This document shows, one piece after another, positions 1-10,089 of a stretch of DNA of 18,961 nt. A program made the translations under genes and the position numbers. This DNA comes from Ginkgo biloba (taxonomy: Eukaryota > Plantae > Ginkgophyta), in contig JANKJI020000004.1 in NCBI GenBank assembly GCA_024626585.2, forward strand, positions 29,934,888 through 29,953,848, written 5' to 3'. The notes below the pieces were generated by a model. That model searched no databases. It was not told where the DNA came from and worked only from the letters and a program-made list of their open reading frames with translations. Within the stretch, counting starts at the first letter, position 1, and each line of letters opens with the position of its first letter.

Positions 1-1640
1 TCAGCCTAGATGTATGGTCCACTGTGAGTGCTAGCACAACCCACAACACCGAAGCATCTATGAGGGTTCTCAAGGGCTAGGCTTGCACAGTCCAAAGCCA
101 AACATAATGTGACAAATGCAAAGGCATGGCTAAACCTATGCTTAATAATCCCCTTAGTGGATTTCCTACTAAGACAAGTTGCATGTAAGATTAGGCGCTA
201 GGGTTTAAACCTAAAAACTAGGCAAAAGAATAAATGTACCAAACCTTAATGTCCATTCAAATCCAATGTCAACCATAAATAGTACAAAAAATAACTCTTT
301 GACCAAGAGTGCCTTATTGCAAGGAGTCTAATCTATATTCCTAGGGCAAATAGACCGATACTTATGTATACATACACATAAAATCAAATTTCAAAACCCT
401 TTTTTTGTTTCATAGTTAATTTATGGCAGCAAACAGCATGCAGCAACAATGTAGAAAAGTGGGGAAAAATTCATACTTAAATTTTATGGTGACTTGCCCT
501 ATCAAACTGCAAGATCTGAACATGCCAATCAACTCCCTAGAATAAAACGTCTCACTTTTTCACTTCAGAATGCAAGGATTCCCCTCAAAGGCCAAAGATG
601 GCATAATATGTATGTTGGGATAGGAGGTTGGGTGCCAAAAATGGGCTGAGACTTATTCTAGAGATTTCTTGGGCCCCATAATGCCTCTCAAGTCCATACA
701 AACATCTCCAATGAGGTCGCTTTGCCTCAAAGATTTTATTTGAGCAATTACTCAGTCAAAAACCACACTGTAAACTATAATAAATGCCAATAACTAGTCT
801 CTATTATAAATGAAATATCTAGTGCCAAAAAGTAGCAACTTCCACTGGTGCAGTCAAGTAGCCAAAATGTAGAAAAGGACCCCTAGAGTGAAGACGCCTT
901 TAATTGTGATTAAGGGGATGAGAGAGATAATGATTAAGGGTTATCTAAACCCGAATAACCCCTATATATGCTATGGCGGTGGTTGTTGCTCTTGTTCTTG
1001 TTGAAGACAATGTTGTATTTATAAATGCCAAAGTTATTATTGTGATTATTGCCCCTAAAAGCATTGTTGTTGTTCCATGGTGAGCTAGGAGGAGTGCTAA
1101 GAGACATGTGGGAGCCTTTACCCGTCATTTTGCAACATAGGGGGTTTTCATGATATATGGTGTTTGCAACTCTGGAGTGGTGATTAGTGACTCTGAAGTC
1201 ATAGTTAGTGGTCTGATTCGAGATTGTCGGTGATTTCCTTTATCGCCACACTCAAGTTATTCTCTAGTTTTAAAGTTGAGTATAGTGTATTTACTGTTCT
1301 TTTATTGATCTCAAAAACCAAGGCATCTCCACATGACTTACCAATGAGGCTTTGGGCTCACCAAGTTTCTTTTGCAGCCATTAGTTTGGATCTTATACCT
1401 TTAGATCCTTCTATTTCATTATTAATAATGTTATGCTTGGTTGGATTCAGGTTTGGGTTTTTGTTTTTGGGGTAAAGGTGCATTGTTACAGTTGCACATT
1501 CCTATAGGGGTGTCCTCCCTTGTTTTCCCCAAAGCTTCAACATTCTTCCTCTTGCCTCCTTTATGAATCATTTTTTGTTGGCTGACCTTGGCGTAGAGTT
1601 GTCTTTTCCTGTTTATTTCCCATTCCATCATCCAATGTGT
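1..1640. mobile_element. Unclassified decayed repeat-like DNA, probably a retrotransposon relic, possibly within intron 2 of the PGM-like gene
   Basis: CpG-poor and rich in TAG/CTA. Broken minus-strand frames include an Asn-rich low-complexity stretch (about 985-1075). No diagnostic domain recognised. Separated from the gene by a 100-N gap. Confidence 0.35.
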
Positions 1641-1928
1641 NNNNNNNNNNNNNNNNNNNNNNNNNNNNNNNNNNNNNNNNNNNNNNNNNNNNNNNNNNNN
1701 NNNNNNNNNNNNNNNNNNNNNNNNNNNNNNNNNNNNNNNNATCAAAAATTTAAAAACGAATTAACTACATTATGACGCAGAGCCTTCTGACGAAGCTGAA
1801 TTGATCAACTCTGAGTGCTTATCATTTATACATGTATGGTTATGAGAGACGAAGGGTCTTGATAATAAATGTTAACGATAAGTCAATAGAATAAGCAAAT
1901 GGAAAATAAACAATTCTCATTAGGCTAC

Positions 1929-2174
1929 CTGCGACCGATATTGTTCACTGAGGCAATAATTTCGGCAGCCTGATAAGCGCGTTGAGTGATAGAAGGCCAT
2001 ATCCAGCAGTTCCCTTCGCAGGCTCCTATGGCCTGCAATTCCAACGCAGCCTTCACTGTCTGCTTCATTCCTTCATCTGAAAGGCCGCTGTCCATTGATG
2101 TCTTGGCAACCGGATTGGTATTAATAATGCCTTTCTTCTCAAATTCCGACTCCCCAGCTCTCACCAGATAATAC
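1929..2174 (-). CDS. Exon 2 of the same histidine phosphatase/PGM-like gene
   Basis: A 78-nt GT-AG intron (2252-2175, ending gcacAG) joins in phase to give R-YYLVRAGESEFEKKGIINTNPVAKTSMDSGLS...CWIWPSITQRAYQAAEIIA. Ends CGC AG|GTAGCC (donor 1928-1927). The expected downstream exon(s) are not visible in the window. Confidence 0.92.
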
Positions 2175-2252
2175 CTGTGCGTTCAACCCTCGTAAGCGTT
2201 TCAAAATAACCTAAAACAAATACACGCTGCAAGAATTGAACTCTGCACCAAC

Positions 2253-2671
2253 CGATTGTTAAGATTAACGGGAGGCATTTGAAAAAGCCCTGCGGCTTGC
2301 GCGGTTCCCAGTCCGGCAGCATTGTCCATGGGAAGATGGAACCATGCTGCAAACTGCGGTGAATTCCCAAAACACAAGAGGGCGGCCATAATCCAAACCA
2401 GGAGGGGTTTCTTACCTCCACTCAAATTCCACCTAATTTGACTCTGATTCTCAGTGCTTTCTGAAACATTTCTTGACAATAGATACCATTGCTTTTCCAG
2501 TATTCCAAAGGCTTTTGAATTTTTGGCATTAGAGAATTGGGCGATCGCTGGATACAATTGGCTGAAATAGCCATAACCGTTCCTGAAGCAGGAAGGGCGG
2601 GGAGATCTTGCGTTCGAATCCCGTGGGACTATTCGGGAATATGAAGCTATAGGAATTGCAGGTGGTGACAT
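2253..2671 (-). CDS. Exon 1 of a plastid-targeted histidine phosphatase / phosphoglycerate mutase-like protein (At5g62840-like); encodes the transit peptide and mature N-terminus
   Basis: ATG at 2671. Ser/Arg/Pro-rich N-terminus, a hydrophobic stretch, AQA, then GLFQMPPVNLNNR, which I recognise as the conserved mature start of this plant family. Ends AAT CG|GTTGGT, with the donor GT at 2252-2251. Confidence 0.88.
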
Positions 2672-3630
2672 TGCAAGTGGAAAGGGCGATTAAATACACA
2701 TATTTTAGTCCCCCGAGGTTCTCATATTCATGCGGATATGACTAAATATGACTCTATCCTCTCTTCCTTTTCTCACCTTTCACGGATTTGGACTTTGTCA
2801 TTGGTCAATTATTTAAATAATATTTTTCTCCCCGCCTTCCAAGCAGAATTGTGGATAGCGTAGGCATTTTTGTCTATATATAATTTTAAAGGGGCATTAT
2901 AGTAAATTGCATGCTTAAGAAATTTAGCATTTTAAAAAAATATTAAGAAATATAGTCATAAGTAATTTTTAAAGTAATTGATAAGGGGAGAGTAATTANN
3001 NNNNNNNNNNNNNNNNTTAATGGGTGCATGCATTCACTCAAGCACTCGTTATATTTGACAGAAAATGTTGTGGCTACGAAAAAATTGGCAAAAAGATGTC
3101 AAAATAGATTTCAAACTCAATCTTGGTATTGGTTTTAGATGTGGAAAGGACGATAAAGTATGTACAATTTAAAGTAGGCACGGCAAAAGTGATAGAGTCG
3201 AATCACACTCAATTGTTTTTAACATATTTTTATCTCAAAAAATGTANNNNNNNNNNNNNNNNNNNNNNNNNNNNNNNNNNNNNNNNNNNNNNNNNNNNNN
3301 NNNNNNNNNNNNNNNNNNNNNNNNNNNNNNNNNNNNNNNNNNNNNNNNNNNNNNNNNNNNNNNNNNNNNNNNNNNNNNNNNNNNNNNNNNNNNNNNNNNN
3401 NNNNNNNNNNNNNNNNNNNNNNNNNNNNNNNNNNNNNNNNNNNNNNNNNNNNNNNNNNNNNNNNNNNNNNNNNNNNNNNNNNNNNNNNNNNNNNNNNNNN
3501 NNNNNNNNNNNNNNNNNNNNNNNNNNNNNNNNNNNNNNNNNNNNNNNNNNNNNNNNNNNNNNNNNNNNNNNNNNNNNNNNNNNNNNNNNNNNNNNNNNNN
3601 NNNNNNNNNNNNNNNNNNNNNNNNNNNNNN

Positions 3631-4075
3631 CCAACATGGATTATAAGAAGTCCTTCAAAGACACCAACAAGTATTCTAAGACTTGCCAAAGAGTTGCCCA
3701 CTAGATAGGTTCATGGAACATATAATTGAGATCGAACCAAATAGAGCAACCGTGTCAGTATTATACCAATGCAATTATAAGCATAAATCTGAAATTGAAA
3801 GGCTCATATAAGAATTACTAGACATGGGGGTAATAACCCTTAGAAAAATCCCTAAACAACTCNNNNNNNNNNNNNNNNNNNCATGATGTACTACTTATAG
3901 TCACATTGATTGCTTTTGGTCACTAGCAGACATTAATACTATTTCTTTCTTCTTCCTTTTGGTGATCTTTGCATGTAAAAAGGATTGATCTTTTCACTTA
4001 TGCATGGACTACAAGGCCTTCAACAAAATAACAATCAAGAATAAACTTGCCAACTTAGAATTGATTATTGATGAG
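3631..4075 (+). mobile_element. Ty3/Gypsy pol fragment (pre-RT region and RT N-terminus), pseudogenised
   Basis: Broken frames read EVLQRHQQVF*DLPK, MEHIIEIEP, KHKSEIERLI*ELLDMGVI and KKD*SFHLCMDYKAFNKITIKNK, matching the Gypsy consensus KKDGSxRLCVDYRALNKITIKNK. Confidence 0.88.
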
Positions 4076-4079
4076 TTTT

Positions 4080-5044
4080 CCCTCGAAAAGGGAATCCTCA
4101 CCTATCAAATTGAGGTCTGGTGACCACCCTGGAAAGGGAAAGAATAAGAGAACAAGAAGAATGCTCTATGGATTAAAGTTGGTTAAATAGATTAAAAAGG
4201 AACAAAGAAAGGTCAAACGAGATACATATAACTAAGGCCTTTGTGTTTAATGGTTACAAAGTTTTATGTTTGTAATAGGTACATAACCAATCTTTATTCT
4301 AAATTATCTATTACAAAAGTAAAGTGATTGAACTATAAAAAAAATGATGCCTACAACTACTAGTCTTAAGGATCACTAGCGACTAAGTATGTAGACCCTA
4401 CAGGTAGTCAGAGATGACCAATAAGGAGATTAGTACCAAAGAAAGTTGAAATGTAATGGTTATTTGTCTTTGAGTAGACTAGGTGTAGCAAAGTTTGGTA
4501 GTTGAAGGCACAATTTAGTTTTTGTGTTGAATTGGGGAATATTAGGAGTAGCAATCGCTAGGACTTACTACTCATCGATGACTAGGTCTATAAGGCCTTT
4601 TTAACCCTGCCTAAGATAAAGAGTTTTCTATCCAGGATAAGACACTCTTATTTAGACCATAAACACAAGGAATGGATTAATGAGATTAAAGAATGGCTAA
4701 GATCAAACTAGGTAAGTCTATCACCCTTTGGAGGATGGATTTAGGCACTCTCCTTCTATCATCAATTAATAATCATGCAGATAATTACATTTGCCCATAA
4801 AAAAACTTCTAGGCTTGGGTTCAGGTTGGGATTGTCTTCTTACTCATCCTTGCATTTTATCACAATAAAAACTTAAGCAAATATTTTAGAAAAAGGTAAT
4901 AGGCAAACAAAAGAATATATTTTCATTATCTTATAGCAACTTTAAATACATTTTGATATAACACTATTATATAACTATCCAAAATAGGGTATATAAGCAC
5001 CTTAACTAGTTATCTAGTCTTAGGCACGATTGAGTGTCATTACA
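4080..5044 (-). mobile_element. LTR-like remnant
   Basis: The minus strand begins TGTAATGAC at 5044, a typical LTR start, followed by TATA-like motifs. TGTAATG at 4452 and CATTACA at 5038-5044 form 7-bp inverted ends. No TSD; left boundary uncertain. Confidence 0.35.
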
Positions 5045-5632
5045 GGACTTTCCTTTTAGTTACATTCATTTTTTTATAAAATTGCTTACAGTATATACTA
5101 TGGAGGAAAGATTTACATCCATAAATGTCAAAATACATCTTTTACATAAAGGGTGTTGATTTGCACATATGAGATGTTATAAACAAATTATTTTCACAAT
5201 ATACAAAATATGCCATTATAAAAAGTACTTCCAAAGATTTTTATCTAGCTTGATTAGATATTAGAAAATTAGAAGTCTATCCAATTGAATATTGTATACT
5301 AAAAATAAAATGTATGTATCTATCTATTACTATATTCTAAAAAAAATAGTTGTTTAATAGACCACCCCTTAATTAATATGAAGAACTACTCCCTCACATA
5401 TATCTCTATTATATANNNNNNNNNNNNNNNNNNNNNNNNNNNNNNNNNNNNNNNNNNNNNNNNNNNNNNNNNNNNNNNNNNNNNNNNNNNNNNNNNNNNN
5501 NNNNNNNNNNNNNNNTGATTAAGTTAATGACACCTTACACCCTTAATTTCCATCCTAAATTATTTTGGATTATGTAATTCTTCTCATTAAATAAATAAGA
5601 GCCACTTGGTGATAAGTTAGAGGTAGTTTGAC

Positions 5633-5709
5633 GATTATTGATATGCCACTGAAATAGATTATAAAATTAGAGAGAGGATAATGATTAATGATATGCCACT
5701 GAGATGATT
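5633..5709. repeat. Short direct repeat, two copies 50 bp apart
   Basis: gattattgatatgccactga at 5633-5652 vs gattaatgatatgccactga at 5683-5702. Confidence 0.75.
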
Positions 5710-5809
5710 TATTAAGATGACCCATATAGATGTAGAAGTGGTATGGTGCAAGGAGTTGTAGGTGGTTTTTGTCTAGTTCATCCCTAAAGAACCAAGTTCA
5801 TCTTCAGGC

Positions 5810-7230
5810 ATGGTCTCGTATGGGGGGAATAGCCCCCCTCATAATCCTCCTTCCCCCTCCTATAAATATAAGTGAAAAGGTGTCAAAGAACCTCTCATAA
5901 ATAAGTCATTAACAGATTTTGTCAACAAGTATTTTACACCAAAATGCCCACCGCGACCAAAGTTCAACGACTGCTTAGAAAAATCAATTGACCTCCTAGA
6001 AGTGGACTTCTCTCTAGATGAAGTTAGTGAAGAGGTGGGTCAGTTGAAGGACCACACCCTTATCTATAGATTCTTCAGACTCTATCCCTTAAAGAAAACT
6101 ATTCATAATTGGATTGAGAGAAATGGAAATGTCAACGCCATTCGACATTGTCCTTTATGCCAGGGGTTACTTCATAGTGGTATTCTTAGAAGCTAGTGAC
6201 AAGAAAATAATCTTTGAAAGTGGACCTTGGTCTTAAACTGCACAAGTCTTTTCATGTAATATTGGTCGTTGGGTTTTAACCCGACAAAGTAGCTAGCTTC
6301 AATGATGCATGTGTGGGTTAGGATTCCCTTCCTCCCTATGGAAATTTAGGGCTCAAAATAACTAGAGAAAATCAAGAACCAGTTAGGTTCTTTCGTGCAA
6401 TCCTCTGACCTTACTAAGTAGAGGAAAATGGGCTCCTATGCCAAAATTTACATTAACATAGACCTTTAGAAGCCCATCCTAAAAAACATCCTTTTGAAGA
6501 TTCAATGTAGATTCACCTGGGAATAAACTTTTAATTATGAAGGAATCCCCTTTTACTATATACGTTGCCATTCTTATGGCCACCTATAAAAGAACTATCC
6601 TCTCAAACCATCTAAATAAATCCCAGCCTAGTCAGGCAAAGTTCCTAATACGTAGGCGCATCCCTCCCCAAAATTTTAAATGATCCACTTACTTCGGAGA
6701 AAACCCTCCACTTGAACATCCGTGAAGAGGCCCCAATTCCCCTTAGCAATAAGTTTGACATCCTTATGGAAGCCTCATATCTCACCCCTTTAGCCCCCCC
6801 AAGCATTATTTCTCTTGAAACCCTATAAGCATCATCTTAATTAACACCGCATATGCTTCAACCCATCCATGAAGTCATTCCTATGAATAATGATGAGAAT
6901 CCCTGCCCAACTCCCTAGTGTCCTCACCCCTCTCACCTCTTCAGACTCCTCTCCCTACTTAAGATTCACCCTCCTTTATTTTCCCCCACAACACCCTCTT
7001 AGCTCCTCAATCCTCACCAATCTTGCTCGCTTCCTACCCCCCCTCCAATAATTCTCCTCCTTGCAATGTTGCTCCCCAATGGGCTCCCTATGCCACCAAA
7101 CCTAAAGGAAAGTCAAAGGACCACTTTCTTTCTAGCCTAAACTCTTCTCATTTTGAACTCTTAGGTGTGAATCTTAGAAAAAGGTCAAGATCAAGAGATG
7201 CCTCACGCAAATCCTCCCAAGAGTAGCATT
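5810..7230 (+). pseudogene. L1 ORF1 relic (DUF4283/RRM-like domain + zf-CCHC_4 zinc knuckle + Pro/Ser-rich tail)
   Basis: LKDHTLIYRFF..IHNWIE, RGYFIVVF, ESGPW, VWVRIPFLPME (6311), YAKIYINIDL*KP, YEGIPFYYIRCHSYGHL*KNYP (decayed Cx2Cx3GHx3C, about 6557-6598). Many stops and frameshifts. Confidence 0.88.
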
Positions 7231-7610
7231 NNNNNNNNNNNNNNNNNNNNNNNNNNNNNNNNNNNNNNNNNNNNNNNNNNNNNNNNNNNNNNNNNNNNNN
7301 NNNNNNNNNNNNNNNNNNNNNNNNNNNNNNNNNNNNNNNNNNNNNNNNNNNNNNNNNNNNNNNNNNNNNNNNNNNNNNNNNNNNNNNNNNNNNNNNNNNN
7401 NNNNNNNNNNNNNNNNNNNNNNNNNNNNNNNNNNNNNNNNNNNNNNNNNNNNNNNNNNNNNNNNNNNNNNNNNNNNNNNNNNNNNNNNNNNNNNNNNNNN
7501 NNNNNNNNNNNNNNNNNNNNNNNNNNNNNNNNNNNNNNNNNNNNNNNNNNNNNNNNNNNNNNNNNNNNNNNNNNNNNNNNNNNNNNNNNNNNNNNNNNNN
7601 NNNNNNNNNN

Positions 7611-8950
7611 TTTGGAGGCTTAGTTATTCTATGGAACCCCAAGACTATAACCCTATCAAAGTCTTAGACTATCCCAAATAGGGTCTCCATCTAATTCATA
7701 GGAGTTTTTTAAGGTGTTCTTACCAATGCCTATGGTCCTAAGAGACCCTCTTAAAAGAGGCATTGGTGGGATTTGTTAAGAGAAAATATAATCATTCACA
7801 ATAACCTATCTTGGATTATAGGTGGTGATTTCAACACCACCCTTTTTTACTGGGAAAAAATGGGAGGCCAAGCATAAATTATAAGTAGACGATTAATGCA
7901 TGATTTTATGACTAATAATGGCTTGATGGATGCCCCCCCTAAATCTAGTATATTCACCTAGAACAATAGGAGGGAAGGAGTAGACTTAATGGAAAAAAGG
8001 CTGGATAGGTTTGTCTTTAGTGAAAACCTCTAGACCTTGGACACCTTAGGGGAAGCAGACAACCTGATTAGCACCTACTCAAACCACTAGCTAGTCCAGC
8101 TAGTGGTTGGCCCCTTAAACCTCCCATATAGAAGCCCCTTCAAATGGGAAAAGATGTGGGTCAACCATCCCACATATTTAGACAACATTCATACCTAGTA
8201 GAGAGAAGGAATTCACATTATAGGCTAAAAAATGTTCAAAGTCATGCATGGTCTAAAAAATCTCAACCATCATCTAAAATCTTGGAATAGAGAAAATTTT
8301 AGGAACATATTCATAAATAAGGTTATACTGTAGAAGACCTTGACTGATCTCCAATAATCCATCCTAGAATCCCCATCCCTTAATTTATTAAAGGATGAAG
8401 TAAAGCTAAGTTTAGATTTGGATGTTATTCTGAGACACGAAGTAATTTTATAGAAATAAAAGTCTAGTGTCTTGGCTAAAAAAGGGAGACAGGAGCATAT
8501 CCTACTTTCACAAAATGACATCAACAAGAAGGAGCTTTAACTCCATCTCAAAACTAAAGGATACCAATAATGAAGAGGTAAGAGGGCAGAAGAATTTATA
8601 AAACTTGGCTTGGCTCCACTTTCATAGCATCCTAATAGAACTGACTATTTAAAGGGAATCAAGGAAANNNNNNNNNNNNNNNNNNNNNNNNNNNNNNNNN
8701 NNNNNNNNNNNNNNNNNNNNNNNNNNNNNNNNNNNNTTCCCTCCAGAAAGTAGAGAGTGTAGTTTTTAGAATGAAACAAGGTAAGACCCTGAGACCTAAT
8801 ATTTTTTTGGTGGAATTTTACTAAAATACTTTAGAGATCATAAAATTTAATATATGGGCAACAATTGAAGACTCCAAAAAATCTAGACAAATGCTTGGTT
8901 CATGGAGCTCCACCTTCTTATCCCTAATCCTAAAGGAAAAAAATCCCAAA
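7611..8950 (+). pseudogene. L1 ORF2 relic: APE-type endonuclease and linker up to the start of RT
   Basis: GGLVILWNP, TNAYGP, WIIGGDFN (7812-7835), EKMGG, FT*NNRR, KRLDRF, SNH (=SDH, 8079-8087), PFKWEKMW, LKSWNRENF, GDRS..YFHK, GKTLRPN (=KAPGPD), STFLSLILK. Confidence 0.92.
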
Positions 8951-9050
8951 NNNNNNNNNNNNNNNNNNNNNNNNNNNNNNNNNNNNNNNNNNNNNNNNNN
9001 NNNNNNNNNNNNNNNNNNNNNNNNNNNNNNNNNNNNNNNNNNNNNNNNNN

Positions 9051-9640
9051 AAACACTTCAACAGAGGTTCGCCTTCACTCTATGAGCAATTTGGGGTTTC
9101 CGCAACATCAAAACCCCTCTCCAAGTCGCAAGAATCCAAGAGCAGCAGTTTGCCAGGCTTCAGGAAGAACAAGAGTAGAAAATGGCACTATGTAGAAGAA
9201 GCAAACAATGTAGAAACAACTAGAAAGTAGAGCTAGGCGCATATGTCACAATGGGAGATGAATAAATGCGCCTCCTTTGAGCCTCCTTATATATGTCACC
9301 AAATGGTATGTCCAAACTGGGTCGGCTCAGCATGTAAGGTCATACCCCATTCACAGTTCTTTGCAAAAATTGTCATTCTAACCCTTAGAGGTTGGCGCTA
9401 GGTTTTAGAAGGCCAGTCTGGTTATTTTACCCCTTAAATACTAGTGCTAAGTCTCAGGAAGGCCAATTTACCCTTTTTGACCTCTTTTTGACCCTTTTAA
9501 GGGTCTTACCATCATTATTAGCCATCTGTTTGAGGATTAGCATGCTTAACTCTTAGTTAAGCCCCTTTTTATCCTTCTTTAGCACAATATAAGTCATTTT
9601 AACCCCTTTAGATGCCTCCTCTAACCTTTCTCTAACCCCA
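9051..9640 (-). mobile_element. LTR-like non-coding segment interrupting the L1 ORF2
   Basis: No LINE motifs recognised. Minus-strand TATATAA at about 9287-9293 is followed by a pyrimidine-rich leader. Short internal subrepeats (gaaggcca...tttaccc twice). Boundaries approximate. Confidence 0.4.
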
Positions 9641-9669
9641 CTTGTTTGGTCTATGATAAAGACTTTGAA

Positions 9670-10089
9670 GTAATTCTAAAGGTTAATGAAGCTTTAAAAT
9701 ACAATCTAGGATTGGTCAGAGAAGGACGCTAGTTATACACCATCTAAGATAATTCCATAAGACTTTTTGCAAAAGGACTAGGTAGGTAGTCCATCAACGC
9801 AACAAAATATAAGGTCTCGATCTTAGGCTTGAACATAGTATTAAAAATGGGTAATAGGAAAATATTCTTAATGGAAGATTTAAAACTAGTTATAAATCTG
9901 CTTATGGGCAAATGGAGAACCAATTCTTGGGTTCTCAAAGATACCTTTGAGGAGGCACGAAGCTTGGTCGCATCCTTCGCTAAGGTTTCTTTCCATCACA
10001 TCCCATACAAATGCAATATCACATCAAACACGTTGGCTAACCTTGGGGTGCACCTCAAGGATGGGATAACCTCCAACCATATCATATAA
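9670..10089 (+). pseudogene. RNase H domain (RVT_3 / plant-L1 type), degenerate
   Basis: FAKGLGR*SINATKYKVSILGL (=SNNxAEYxALILGL), RKIFLMEDLKLVIN (=GDSKLVIN), FAKVSFHHIPYKCNITSNTLANLG (=HIPRExNxxADxLANxG). Confidence 0.85.

Noticed and set aside
2175-2252. C-terminal part of ORF 2201-2671 (LVQSSILAACICFRLF)
   Set aside because: Read-through into the 78-nt intron.
2824-2836. E2F-like site upstream of the PGM-like gene
   Set aside because: The sequence is ttctccccgcc, which does not match TTTSSCGS.
3123-3704. Long ORFs in the track that span N runs (also 1431-1775, 7148-7642, 8891-9195, 11043-11234, 17683-17914)
   Set aside because: Open only because N's cannot encode stops.
5321-5415. Helitron-like 5' ends (tctattactata, tctctattatata)
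   Set aside because: Low complexity, followed by N's, and no matching 3' hairpin plus CTRR was identified.
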